A DNA stretch of 64,000 nt from a virus. The notes beneath the pieces are model-generated. The model was not told the origin of the DNA. It worked only from the letters and a program-made list of their open reading frames with translations, and ran no database searches. The stretch lies in IMG/VR virus record IMGVR_UViG_3300043811_000074, positions 8,721 to 72,720 of that record; one strand, 5' to 3'. Position 1 is the first letter of the stretch, and each line of letters begins with the position of its first letter. This document shows positions 37,041-47,748 of the stretch, one piece after another. A program made the translations under genes and the position numbers.

Positions 37041-37607
37041 TCACGGCTGAATCCTCCAAATATGCGTTGCGAACCATCCCCCATCGGCACGCGGATAGGT
37101 CGCGGTCAGGAGCGGGACGATTTCTTTTTTCCACGACTCGAACGAGCGGATGCCGCCGTTGCAGTCGAAGACAAAATCGCTAGTGATTTCGCCGGTCCTG
37201 CCGCATTGCCCGCAAGTCGCCTCCATAAAAGCTGAGTCGCGACAATTGCAGCGGCGATTGGTGCGCCAGCAAGCGGTCCAGTGAGTCATCCTGTATGCCC
37301 ACTTCGCGTTAGCGCCGGGCTTGGTCCAAGGGCCAGTCCATTGGACGCGGACCAGGGCGATTTGCGGCGCGAACATATTCTCGACGTCTGCGACCGCCGC
37401 GACAAACTTGCGACCCAGGTTCGCCACCGCTGATTTCATCATCGTGGGCGAAGTATAGCCGCGTTCCTCGAAGCCGGGAATCTGGCCGCGCACTTCGGAG
37501 AGCGGCACTTGCAGGGCGAAGGCGAGCGCCGACGGACCGCAGTTGCATCCGTAATCTCGATTGGCCTGTTCGAATTCTTCCATCGTGAACGGGTAATCGT
37601 AGTTCAT
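37041..37607 (-). CDS. papain-like (C39-like) fold protein, putative
   Basis: NCGPSALA ... THW ... VFD gives a candidate Cys-His-Asp triad. Confidence 0.45.
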   Translation of the reverse strand: MNYDYPFTMEEFEQANRDYGCNCGPSALAFALQVPLSEVRGQIPGFEERGYTSPTMMKSAVANLGRKFVAAVADVENMFAPQIALVRVQWTGPWTKPGANAKWAYRMTHWTACWRTNRRCNCRDSAFMEATCGQCGRTGEITSDFVFDCNGGIRSFESWKKEIVPLLTATYPRADGGWFATHIWRIQP

Positions 37608-40600
37608 TTCCCCATTTCCTCTTTCAGTATCTTGAACAATTCGACCATTGTTCCAACCGGGCAATGTTCGACTAATGCCTTCGCCAACCGGCGGGCGTCC
37701 TGAGCGAAGTTAATGTCGCTGGACAATGGCTTTGGCAGCAAGTGAATACTAACCGTGTTGACGCCAATCGTGTCGATCTCAACAACGATGCTCTTAGCCT
37801 TTTTCATTGCCAACCACTGCCTCCGCACTCAGGACATTCAAAGTAAAGCCCAACGCCACCCTGGTCCGTTCCGACCCAACCATCGCCGTCGCAGTACGGG
37901 CACTCAATCTGCATTTCGTAATCGTCTTCCCCGTCGTCGTCTGGCTCGCAGATTTCATCATCGCTGATGTAGTGCGGGCTGTTTTCCCGGTGCATCCGGT
38001 CGGAGTAGTCCTGGTCCGATTCATCGGGATAGCGTTCGGTGGTCATTTGGTAACTTCCTCCGTAATGCGCACCGGCAAGCCATGCCATGCTTTTTTCACG
38101 AACCTGAGCCAACTTTTCGCAGTTGCCTTTTCCCGATAGCGCTGCTGCATTCGGACCCAGCCACGCAGAGGGTGATTTACTTCAATGGCATAGACAATAG
38201 CTTGCTTGCTCATTTTCCGACGTTCTCCATTTGCTTCACCAATTCCGCGACCGTGATTCCCCGATGGTCCGCGACGTTCGCCAGCGTATCTTGCTCTGAC
38301 CACGAGCCAGCCCGCCACGCACAATGCGGGCGTCGGACAGCATCTCGGCAGCGAGCTTATCATTGGGCCAAATGGGTTTCATCATGGGCTACTCCACTGG
38401 ATTCGGTATCTCGTCTGACAGTTCGTAACGGATCAGCCGCCCGCTCGTATCGTTGAACACCTTGAGCCATTCGGCAGTCGTGAACTCGCCGTGTTCCTTG
38501 GTGACGCTATCCATCGCGTTCCAGATGGCGGTGTTTGCCGCTGCCAGCCGCTTGCGCCGGTCCATTTCTTTCTTGGTGATTCGCATGGATTACTCCAGCA
38601 CAACCGCCGTCAGCGTGTTGCGCTCCGGCAGGTGTTCAAAACGTGAATAGTATTCCGATCCTGGACGACGCGGCGCGACCTGCTTAGTCACCAGCACAGC
38701 GTCACGAAATCCCGGCTGAAAATCAGCGACTCCACCGTTCACCAGCACCGGCGCATCGGGCGGCAGCTGGGCCAGGGCCTCCATTGCTTCGCGCACAGTC
38801 ATTGGATAATCTCCGATTCAGCCAACATACAACGATGTTTTGGATTGCCGCCCCACGGAAACGTCACGATGCGTCTTTCTGCGTCGATGATGGTTGCTGG
38901 ACCTTCGTACCTTCCAGAAGCAAGATCAACGGCGATGGTAATGATTCGACCATGCCGAGAATCGACTGAATCGCCTTGGCCTTCGCTTCCCGGTAGCTCA
39001 CGATGTCGAGGCCGATTAACTCGGCGGCCTTTGCCTCGGTGAGTTCGCCCGCTTCCTGCGTCAACATGATCGGATAGACCAGGCTCCCCAGCTTGCACAG
39101 TTCCAGACTGCTCATTAAACACCTTTCCACAGTGAGGACAGGTAATCACAGCTTCACTCCAACGGTATTTCCAGGTATTCTTTGAGTGCCTGTCTTGCTC
39201 GGTCGATGAAGATGTCACGTGCCATCATTTGATCGGCGAGCCTATGTCGCTCGCACGCTTCGCCGGGGAACATCTTCGACGTTTTGTAGTTCGATTCCGC
39301 GATGAAGGTCACGCGACAACCGCAGCCTTCGGAGTAGGTCCAATCGCGGTTTCGTTCGCGCCGCCATTGCTGTTTCATGGCATTTCCTCTGTTACATTCC
39401 GTCGATCAGGTCTTCCAGTGGCGTTTCGGTTTCCTCTTCTTCGGGCGCGTGGTTACGCCAGATTTTCTTGCCGCGCTGCTGCTCGCGCCGAATCGTGTCA
39501 GCGCCACCCGGAACTTCGCCAAGTTTACAGCCAGTTTCCATCTTCATTTGCCGTTCCATACGTTCGGCTTCTTCTTTGGAAATCATTTGTCGGATGCCCC
39601 TTTCGGTCTGTAGTATCGTGCATCGCCTTCCTGGATTGTTTCGTGGTCATCAGCCGCCTCTTCCAAGTCCCTCTGAAACTGTGATTGGTTTGGGAGTGCT
39701 ACTTCCGCCATGTTCCGAATCTCGGCCAGCGCGTCGAACAGTTCGTGAGTTGCGACCTCCTCGCCGAAGTTTGCAAGCGACTTCCGGCGGCGCTGGGCGT
39801 TGGCTTTCTCGGCAATCTTCCGCAGCGACTCCAGCAACGTCTTGACTTGTTCTGTTCGCCCGTCGTGAAGCCTTTCCCATTTCGTCGCCAACTCAGCGAA
39901 CCGCAAGACAATGCCGCGCTGAAGCTCTGGCGTTGTTTGGTCCCACCGCACCAGAACCTCGTCTTTGGTCTGCTTGTCCCATTTGATTGCTTCGCGGGCA
40001 TCATCCATGATCTTCCGCGCCCTGCCGTCCCGCAGCATGGCCGCTGTGATGCCACATTCCTGCCGCAGCGTGTCCAGTTCGGCGATGTAGTGCAGCTGGC
40101 CAGCCGTTGCCCCGGTCTCGACAACGCCCAGCATCTTGCAGCACGCAATGCCGCTCGTTGGCAGGCCATTGACGCCATTCGGCAATTGTCCGCCCTTGCC
40201 GCCGCAATGCTGGCAGATTTCGTACAGCATGGATTGCTTGCGCGGTGGACCGGCAACCGCTCCTTGCGACCTGTCCGGCCCCGGCAAGTGTCCGCACATT
40301 TGCTCGTCAGCGAGCATCTTGTCAACTTCGTCTTTGGTGACTTTCACTCGAATTTCTCCTTCCCCAAAAGAACCTTGTTCGGGCTGATCCCCAACATGAA
40401 GCACAGCCGCAGTATCGTATCCGCTCCGGGCATGGACTTCGCCGTTTCAATACCGTGCAGACCGGCAACGCTCAGGTCCGTGCGGTCAGCCACGTCCCGC
40501 AAGCTGAACCGCAGCGCCAAGCGACGGTCTCGAAGGCGCTGACCTAGTTGCTCCATGAATTCGGTCGGCTCACGCATGGCTTACCTTCCTTTCCGATAGC

Positions 40601-40808
40601 GCGGGTCTGATTTGGGCGGCTGGTAATCGGGCGGCAGCGGTTCGTCCGGGTCGTACTGATGCACGAAGCCCACTCTGCCCGCGCCAGAGCAATCGCCGTG
40701 CGCCGGGACCGGGCCGATACAGGAGTCCTCTTCATCCGCCGGCAGTTTCTCCCGGCAGGTGGGGCAGACGACTATCATGGCTTGGCCTCCAGGTAACTCT
40801 TGAGCCAT
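37604..40808 (-). other. array of short coupled hypothetical early genes
   Basis: Consecutive minus-strand ORFs (e.g. 38389..38586, 38590..38802, 39154..39378, 39392..39586, 40581..) with ATGA/GTGA overlaps. Confidence 0.6.
40344..40577 (-). CDS. XRE-family HTH regulator
   Basis: LGQRLRDRR...SLRDVADRTDLSVAGLHGIE...LCFMLGISPNKVL. Confidence 0.8.
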   Translation of the reverse strand: MREPTEFMEQLGQRLRDRRLALRFSLRDVADRTDLSVAGLHGIETAKSMPGADTILRLCFMLGISPNKVLLGKEKFE

Positions 40809-41201
40809 TCGGCGCGGGCCTGGTCTGCCGACTCCATGAAACTCAGGCCGTTGCCTTTGAGTGCTTCGTACCGTTCGGAAATGACGCGCCGGGCCGCGAT
40901 AATTTCTTTGCTGTACGTCGGCTGCATGATGTTGCCGCTGGCGAGAACACGAGACACGAACAGGCAGTCGTCAAGGCTCATGGCTTGGCCCTTGTGGGAA
41001 ATTCCTGCAAGCACAGGAATCGCAGAAGTAGCACAGGTGGCGGTTTCAGCAAAAACGCACGGGCGACGAATCTAATCCGATCCTTGTTTGCTTTGGACAT
41101 TTTGGGCCACGGTAAAACGCGTGGTTCATGGGCAACCGCTTTCGCGACCATCCACGCAGCAAGCTCGTCTACTTCGGCTTTCGTCGGCTTTTTCATCGTC
41201 G

Positions 41202-41684
41202 TCACTCCCTCACTCGGATCGTCACCACGACCTTGCCGCCCGCGAACACACTGCGACGGAACAGGTGCATTTCGTCGATGTTGGAATCGTCGGCCAGTAC
41301 ACCAGCCTTGACAAGAGCATCGACCACAAGTTTTTCTGCGTTGCAAATATCAAACCGTCCCTTGGTCGGTGGGAACACTTCCAGCGTCACCGCCAGCCGA
41401 AAGCATCTGGCAAAGCCCCATGCTTGGCCTATCTGCGCAGCGGTACACACAACGGCCCAAACGTCCTTGTAATACTGCCGCGTCGCCTTGGCGCTGACCA
41501 TAAACACCTTGCCGTCGCGCTGAATCGGAACCTTTGAATGGTTCGCCGACAGCGGCCACGGCAGCACGAGGGTCAGTGGCTCCGGCGTGGCCGGCATCTT
41601 CGCCAGCGCCGGCCTTGGCAGGCAGGCATCGGTGATTGTGCCGTTCGCTACGCCACGGGTATACCAGTCGGGATCAGCGGTCAT
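41202..41684 (-). CDS. rusA: RusA-family Holliday junction resolvase
   Basis: LPWPLSANH...FPP....DICNAEK...DAL..AGVLADDSNI. Confidence 0.85.
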   Translation of the reverse strand: MTADPDWYTRGVANGTITDACLPRPALAKMPATPEPLTLVLPWPLSANHSKVPIQRDGKVFMVSAKATRQYYKDVWAVVCTAAQIGQAWGFARCFRLAVTLEVFPPTKGRFDICNAEKLVVDALVKAGVLADDSNIDEMHLFRRSVFAGGKVVVTIRVRE

Positions 41685-42298
41685 GTTTCCTCCGGCAACG
41701 GTGCTATCTTGTTCTTCGCCAAAGCGCTTTTTCTTTCTGCCTCAATCCAGGCGGTGAGCGCCTTGGGCATTTTTCCCGTCTGATGCCGCCGCGTGGAATA
41801 CACCAGGGCTTCCAAGACGATCACGGATTCCAGGCGCGGCAAACAATTCTCGGTATCCGGCTGATCGGAGAGATACCACCATCGCTGACCGTTGCCATAA
41901 CTTGGCACTGACAACCATTGCTTGCCATAGGCATTCTTTGCGCCGGCGAAGTCATTTTTGCTCGCATCCTCCATGACAGGGATTTCGCTGATTTGCAGGA
42001 ACAGGTCCACGGACAGCCGATCCCCAACGCCGATAGCGAATTCGTTTGCCAATCTCTTGGCGTCTTTGACCGCTTCTTCCAGGCTAGTCAAGTAGCCGTA
42101 AAAATCGTTTAACGTGCTACGGTTGCTCAGTACGTTCTCATCATGGCGCAGGACTATCTTGGTTTCCGATTCCCTGAGCCAGAGAATCCGCTTGGTGAAT
42201 GGCAGAAATTGAAACGTATCGCCCACGACAAACCGCTCGAAAAGGCGCATTTCTTCATCGCGGATTACCGGGCAAATGCTGTTGTGCTTGTCCATCAT
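41681..42298 (-). CDS. hypothetical protein
   Basis: 205-aa coupled ORF. Confidence 0.6.
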   Translation of the reverse strand: MMDKHNSICPVIRDEEMRLFERFVVGDTFQFLPFTKRILWLRESETKIVLRHDENVLSNRSTLNDFYGYLTSLEEAVKDAKRLANEFAIGVGDRLSVDLFLQISEIPVMEDASKNDFAGAKNAYGKQWLSVPSYGNGQRWWYLSDQPDTENCLPRLESVIVLEALVYSTRRHQTGKMPKALTAWIEAERKSALAKNKIAPLPEET

Positions 42299-43404
42299 AC
42301 TTCCTCCCTCAAGCGCCCGCCGTCTGCTGCGGTTGGTTCCGGCAATTCCAGGGCGGCCAGGCGATGCAAGATCGAGGCTGCCGAATTCATCGCCTGTCGT
42401 GGGTCAATCGGGAACAGGTCAGTCAGCGCATTGGCAATGCACGCTTGCGCTGCCTCCCAATCGTTGATAGCGACTGCTGCACTTATCATGATTCTTTCCT
42501 TTCCGGTTTCTGCCGATCCAACATGATCGGCTGCTCCAGCGACGCGAGCCGTGCCAGGATTGCCCGTGCCGTCCGATCAGCTGCCCCGCGGCTGGCGTAG
42601 AGCATTTCCACCAGCGCCGTGGTGATGCAGTCAAGGGCCGCTTGGTACTCGGCGGCGATGTCGGGCGGGATGCGCATGGGCGGTCCTCACTTTCCAGGCC
42701 AGAGCCTATTGCGCACTTCGATCAACTCGGCAATCAGCTTGTCCACGGTGACTGCTTCCTCAAACATCGCCACGGCGCGACCGTCCAGCGACGGCGATTC
42801 GACTTGCACCACCAGGCACTTGTTGCCGGTGTCCCGGCGCTCGCCCTGACCAATCCACAGCCCGGTCAGGTCGTGATAAAACTGGTACTTAGCCCCGAAC
42901 AGTTTGTTTTGCTTCGGCGGCGGCAGGCGTTCGTAATCGTCGCGGCGGAGGGTCATGGCTTTCGCTCCAGGTCGAGGATGAAGCGTGCGAGACTATCGGC
43001 TTTGTTGAGCAATTCTTGATGGTATTCAGGATCGACCCAAACCGGCGCGCCTTCGGTATCGTTCAGGTACTCATTGCCTTGTGCAGCGCCGCGAATGTAT
43101 TCGGCGTCGGCACGAATTTCGTCGGGGATGGTCATTGCGTCCCTTTCATGCTGGTGGAAATGCCGCGTTGCCCTTAGCATTATCGGCCAGCGGGCCGCCG
43201 TCAATCCGTCGCTCGGCAGCGCCATTTTTCTGATTCATTCGCCAGCGATTGTGTTCCGCCGACTGGCCGGAGTGCGGACACTTCTCACCCTTGGCGTGGT
43301 GCGTGGCGTACACCAGCGCTGCATTGTCGCGGACGCCACCGGCAGGTCCAGGACGGGGACCAGCTGGCCACAGTGGGGGCAGTGATGGAAGTTGGAGGAT
43401 GGCA

Positions 43405-44043
43405 TTATTCGATCCCCAAAAGTTTCTTTTGCATCTTTGTGGCAAAGGCTCGGGCGCTGCGTTCGTCCCTGAGTTTTTTGTTGGCCGCTTCCAGACGTTT
43501 TTCCAGGCCGACAAGTCTTTCGGTCAGCGCGGCAAATTGTAGATCGTCCCGGCGTAACTTGCTACGCACGCGATGCACCGATTCAATTGCCGCCAGTATC
43601 CAACACTTTTCGGCGGCGCTGTCCTGATGCGACGGTTCTTTTTTTTCGTGGATCGGCACTTTCTCTTGGCGCGATGGCTTGGTATTCTTCGCCAATTGTT
43701 TCGGCTCGGTTGGATTCCAGCGCTGCCTTTCCCGTGCTTGCCGCTGTTCATCCAACGTCTGATTGTCCATCTCGACACTGAGCCGCAAGACGGTCTCGTG
43801 GTCCCACACGGTTTGAATCAGCAGCACGTCGCCAAAGTCGCGGCCCACAAACCATGCGCCGGTTTCCCGGCAATGGAAATACCTGGAATTACCCAGCCGC
43901 CGAAATGGAATTGGGTCATTCCTGCCAATCTCAACAGCCCGGCGAACATGCTGAGAGACTTCGCGCTTGTCGGCATCGCCGTAGCGTGCGATGCGCTCTC
44001 GGTAGCGGGCCAGAGCATGATCCGAGACACGAATGGAAGGCAC
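43405..44043 (-). CDS. hypothetical protein (N-terminal SDHALARYRER, RelE-like motif)
   Basis: Motif similarity only; coiled-coil C-terminus. Confidence 0.45.
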   Translation of the reverse strand: MPSIRVSDHALARYRERIARYGDADKREVSQHVRRAVEIGRNDPIPFRRLGNSRYFHCRETGAWFVGRDFGDVLLIQTVWDHETVLRLSVEMDNQTLDEQRQARERQRWNPTEPKQLAKNTKPSRQEKVPIHEKKEPSHQDSAAEKCWILAAIESVHRVRSKLRRDDLQFAALTERLVGLEKRLEAANKKLRDERSARAFATKMQKKLLGIE

Positions 44044-44182
44044 GATAACCTCGCTTCCTCAGTACGTGCCGAACCGCCCGGCATTTCCTGCCACGGAAAG
44101 AAGCGCAGACGATTCGGCTAGTGCTTGCATGAATGGCGTCCGTGGCAGGACGTTGTGATACTACGCTTCTCCGGGCTGGGCG

Positions 44183-44947
44183 TCAAGGTCCGTTGCGGAG
44201 ATTTTCGAGAATCCGTCTGCCGATGTATTCGGCTACTTGCGGCACTACGGAATTTCCGAGACCTCTGTATCTGTCCAACCTATCGGGAAGCCCATCAACC
44301 ACTCGACAAAGTTTGCTGTTGGGCAACCACCTTGTTCGATCTGGAAATGCAGCACAAGGTTGGCACTCGCCGGGCCACAGCCGAAGCCGAGCCGTTTGTT
44401 TCTCGCCTGTTTTTTCAAATGGGCCTCTTTGGAAAACCTCATTCGTTTCGCGTCGCTCGCCTGAGCGGTAGGCCACAATGAAAACTCTTTCTCTTTCGTG
44501 GGGCGCACCAAAAGCCTGCGCGGGTATAGTCTGCCATTCCGCATCAAACCCGATCTCGGAAAGATTTCCGAGAACAGTTCCAAGCCCCCGAAAAGTAAGA
44601 GCTGAGACGTTCTCCAAGATTGCGTATCGCGGTCGAATTGCGCCAAGAATCCGAGCAAATTCAAACCAGAGTCCAGAGCGTTCGTCGGCAAGTCCAGCTC
44701 CATTGTGATTTGCCCCACTAATTCCTTGACAAGGAAAACCGCCTGCAATCAAATCAACATCGCAATCCATGTTCGTCGGTGGGAAGGTTCGCACGTCATC
44801 CCATTTTGGAATTGCCGGCCAGTGTTTCTCCAACACGTTTCGGCAGAATGGATCAATCTCCACTTGCCAGGCGCACTTCATCCCGGCGCGTTCCAAGCCT
44901 AAATCCATCCCGCCAATTCCAGCAAAGAGTGAACCAAACCGCATCAC
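44183..44947 (-). CDS. dcm: C5-cytosine DNA methyltransferase, alpha polypeptide
   Basis: SLFAGIGG (I), GGFPCQ (IV), ENV (VI), HERERVF (VIII), GNSVVP (X); unusually short. Confidence 0.9.
   Translation of the reverse strand: MMRFGSLFAGIGGMDLGLERAGMKCAWQVEIDPFCRNVLEKHWPAIPKWDDVRTFPPTNMDCDVDLIAGGFPCQGISGANHNGAGLADERSGLWFEFARILGAIRPRYAILENVSALTFRGLGTVLGNLSEIGFDAEWQTIPAQAFGAPHERERVFIVAYRSGERRETNEVFQRGPFEKTGEKQTARLRLWPGECQPCAAFPDRTRWLPNSKLCRVVDGLPDRLDRYRGLGNSVVPQVAEYIGRRILENLRNGP
44245..44703 (-). CDS. nested alternative-frame beta polypeptide of the C5 methyltransferase
   Basis: Lies fully inside dcm in another frame; ends ANFVEWLMGFPIGWT (motif IX-like). Confidence 0.7.
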   Translation of the reverse strand: MELDLPTNALDSGLNLLGFLAQFDRDTQSWRTSQLLLFGGLELFSEIFPRSGLMRNGRLYPRRLLVRPTKEKEFSLWPTAQASDAKRMRFSKEAHLKKQARNKRLGFGCGPASANLVLHFQIEQGGCPTANFVEWLMGFPIGWTDTEVSEIP

Positions 44948-45232
44948 TCCCTCCCCTCCAATATCCCCTCAACCAGCCCCCGCGCCGTCTCGCCCAGGTC
45001 CACCAGGGCCGCCTCCACTTCGGCGCGGCAGGGATGCTGGCTCAGGCGGCGGAGGGTCAGCACAACTTCGACCACGGTTTCCGGCGTCACCTTCTCACGG
45101 GCCGCAATCGCCGTTCGCCGCCAGGTCCACGCGGCATTCGGTGATGTGGTTCGCGGCGCGAGCAGCGCTTGAGGCAGAGTTCGCAGAAACCGCCGACGCG
45201 AAAAGTCTTCAAGAGCGCAGTGTCGATGATCT

Positions 45233-45445
45233 TCATGCGTCATAGTCCCCGTAAACACTCCCATACTGACCGGGCATATTCGAGCCGCTGCATTCATGCC
45301 GGTGATTCGTTGCGTGCGGACAGCGTTTGTTCCCGCACTTGGGACACAAAACCATCCTTGCCGTTTCAGCTGGCAGCGCCGGTACGGTCGGATTCCGTTC
45401 GTCGCGATCTCGCAAGCATTGGATACAGTCGCAACGGTCGTTCAC
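45233..45445 (-). CDS. Cys-rich small protein
   Basis: CDCIQC...RMVLCPKCGNKRCPHATNH...CSGSN. Confidence 0.6.
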   Translation of the reverse strand: MNDRCDCIQCLRDRDERNPTVPALPAETARMVLCPKCGNKRCPHATNHRHECSGSNMPGQYGSVYGDYDA

Positions 45446-46682
45446 GAATTAACCGGCCTGGAAGCCACCGCCTGAAGAGCGGTGGAGGAAAGGCCGCTCC
45501 TAAAAATAACTACCGACCTTGCTAGGGAGCGCCGCGATCCCTATAATCAAGCAATGAAGCTAACGCTGCAACTCAAGCTGCTGCCCGATGCTGACCAAAG
45601 CGCCGCGCTGCTGGACACCATGCGCCGGTTCAACGCAGCCGCTTCTTTCGCTGCCGAACAGGGTTTTGCGGCTAGTGTTTTCTCCAAGCCGAGTATCCAA
45701 AAACTCTGTTACTACGATCTTCGCAAATATTTCAAGCTGTCCGCACAAATGGCCATTCGCGCCATTGCCAAAGCAGCAGAAGCGTTTGTCGCGAACAAGG
45801 CTGTTTGCCCTGAGTTTCGGCCTGACGGAGCAATGGCCTACGATGAACGAATCCTGTCCTTCAAAGACTGTCACCGCGTCAGCATCTTGACAGTGAGTCT
45901 CGGGCGCGTCCTCTTGCCCTACGTCTTCGGTGAGTATCAGGCAGCGAACCTTGATCGCATCCGTGGCCAGTGTGACCTTGTGTACCGGGACGGTAACTTT
46001 TTCCTCTATTGCACCATCGAATTTCAGGAAGCGCCGCCCGTTGAAGTTCGAGACTTCCTTGGCATCGACCTTGGCATCGTCAACATCGCCACGGATAGCG
46101 AAGGCGAAGCGTTCTCCGGCAAGACAGTTGACAGGAACCGCCGCCGCCGCCAGACCGCACGGAAGCAATACCAGCGGCGCGGAACCAAAAACGCCAAGCG
46201 CCGGCTCAAGCGTATGAGCGGACGGCAACGGCGTTTTCAAACATGGGTCAACCACGGCATTAGCAAGCAAGTGGTGATGAAAGCAAAGGCACTCGGCGTC
46301 GGGATCGGCTTGGAGGATTTGTCCTTCATCCGCTCGCGCATCGAGCCAACGGTTTCCAAACGCTTTCGCCGCCGCTTCGGGAATTGGGGTTTCTGCCAAC
46401 TTCGGGCGTTCATTGAGTACAAGGCATTCCGCGAAGGCATTCCGGTCGTGACGGTCGATCCCCGCAACAGTAGCCGGACGTGCAGCGTCTGCGGCCACTG
46501 TGAGAAGGGCAACCGTCCCGATCAGGAAACCTTTCGCTGCAAACACTGCGATTTCTCCATGAATGCCGACTATAACGCTTCCCGGAACATCCGGGATTGG
46601 GCCAAAAGTAAACTGGCCTCAAAAATCGCGACTGCCCAGGTCAGTGATAAAGCCGTCTGCCTTTAGGCGACGGTCAGTTTAC
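45446..46682 (+). mobile_element. IS200/IS605-family, IS1341-type element (tnpB only)
   Basis: Left-end hairpin CCACCGC..GCGGTGG and right-end hairpin CCGTC-TGCCTTTAGGC-GACGG. TTCAC lies 5' of the left end. Removing the element restores a coupled gene junction. Confidence 0.8.
45554..46666 (+). CDS. tnpB: RNA-guided endonuclease TnpB
   Basis: RuvC D (GIDLG), E (LEDL), D (NADYNAS) and a CxxC..CxxC finger. Promoter TTGCTA-17-TATAAT (45519-45547), leaderless. Confidence 0.92.
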   Translation: MKLTLQLKLLPDADQSAALLDTMRRFNAAASFAAEQGFAASVFSKPSIQKLCYYDLRKYFKLSAQMAIRAIAKAAEAFVANKAVCPEFRPDGAMAYDERILSFKDCHRVSILTVSLGRVLLPYVFGEYQAANLDRIRGQCDLVYRDGNFFLYCTIEFQEAPPVEVRDFLGIDLGIVNIATDSEGEAFSGKTVDRNRRRRQTARKQYQRRGTKNAKRRLKRMSGRQRRFQTWVNHGISKQVVMKAKALGVGIGLEDLSFIRSRIEPTVSKRFRRRFGNWGFCQLRAFIEYKAFREGIPVVTVDPRNSSRTCSVCGHCEKGNRPDQETFRCKHCDFSMNADYNASRNIRDWAKSKLASKIATAQVSDKAVCL

Positions 46683-46987
46683 TTCGGCCTCCCATTCAGC
46701 GGAACCACATTCGCCTCTCGGCGCGTTGCTTCCAGGTCCACTTGCAGCTGCCGGTATTGTACCCTCAATTCATCCAGGGCCGCCTGACATTTCGACACCG
46801 CGACCATCATTCGCTGCGTGCAGTCCTCGACGGCTTGCAAATCAAATACGCTGGCGAGAGCTTTGCGAACCATCTCCGGTTCGGCGCGGGCGGCAATCCC
46901 TATTGCCAGCACAATCATACCGGCCCATTCCCGGCCAGCGGTGCGCGTGATAACACCGAGCATGTCTTCGGCTTCCTGTTCGTCCAT
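46679..46987 (-). CDS. hypothetical coiled-coil protein
   Basis: 102 aa; its stop codon is supplied by the IS right end. Confidence 0.6.
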   Translation of the reverse strand: MDEQEAEDMLGVITRTAGREWAGMIVLAIGIAARAEPEMVRKALASVFDLQAVEDCTQRMMVAVSKCQAALDELRVQYRQLQVDLEATRREANVVPLNGRPK

Positions 46988-46991
46988 CGGC

Positions 46992-47480
46992 TTACTTCCT
47001 GTTGACTAACTCAAGAATTCCGCCGCAACTTATACAAAGCAGTTTGCAACCACGAATGCGCTTTTGAATTAAGCCACAACGATTACATTGCCGGTTTGGT
47101 GCATCACGGTTTTGTCTGCCTGATTCTGGCGGTGGCCTTTGTTTGAAACAGCCGGATTTATTCCACTCACGCCTTAGAACAGCGACCGCATCGAATGTTC
47201 TTTCGATTGTCGCTCGCCATTCTCTCAAAATTCGATGTAAAAGAGAATGACAGGCTTTGCAAAGCGGAATCACGTCGGCAAGGTCTTCATGTCCAAAACG
47301 CTCATAAGTATGGTGATGTAGTTGAATGTCCTTGGAACTGCAACACATGCAGGCCAATGGCAAGCCAGATTCCCAATATCGCTTTCGGAAATTCTGCCAA
47401 TGAGCGCAGGCAAGATACTCTTTGTAACTTCCGAATCCGAGTCGCCTAAATGACTTCATGGCCAAATCCGCCAATCGCAT
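46992..47480 (-). CDS. HNH endonuclease
   Basis: YKEYL...HW...CMCC...LHHHTYERFGHE...DVIPLCKACH; start codon uncertain. Confidence 0.75.
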   Translation of the reverse strand: MRLADLAMKSFRRLGFGSYKEYLACAHWQNFRKRYWESGLPLACMCCSSKDIQLHHHTYERFGHEDLADVIPLCKACHSLLHRILREWRATIERTFDAVAVLRREWNKSGCFKQRPPPESGRQNRDAPNRQCNRCGLIQKRIRGCKLLCISCGGILELVNRK

Positions 47481-47748
47481 AACCCAAAGCGGAGAGCGCA
47501 CCGACCCCGCAGAAAACGGGGCCGGAATCGCATGAACCCTGAAGGGAGCCGCGCCCGCCTTGGCTTGATTCTTTAGAGACTTTTCCAAGGTCGCCGTCAA
47601 GTCTTAACGATGGTTCGGCCGGGCCTAGCGCTCCGAACGCACCGGGGCTGAATTTTCTGCACCCCTTGTCGCTGTACTCGTTCGCGGCATTGCTGCCTTG
47701 CCTCGGCGGTCGGTGGGGTGAACACCGTTTGTCCAACCTGGGACTATG

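Noticed and set aside
45560-46546. 328-aa antisense ORF within tnpB
   Set aside because: Antisense shadow of a well-supported gene
47481-47748. Gap between helicase and HNH gene as an origin or ncRNA
   Set aside because: Only short scattered stems and no iterons; may partly be HNH coding sequence
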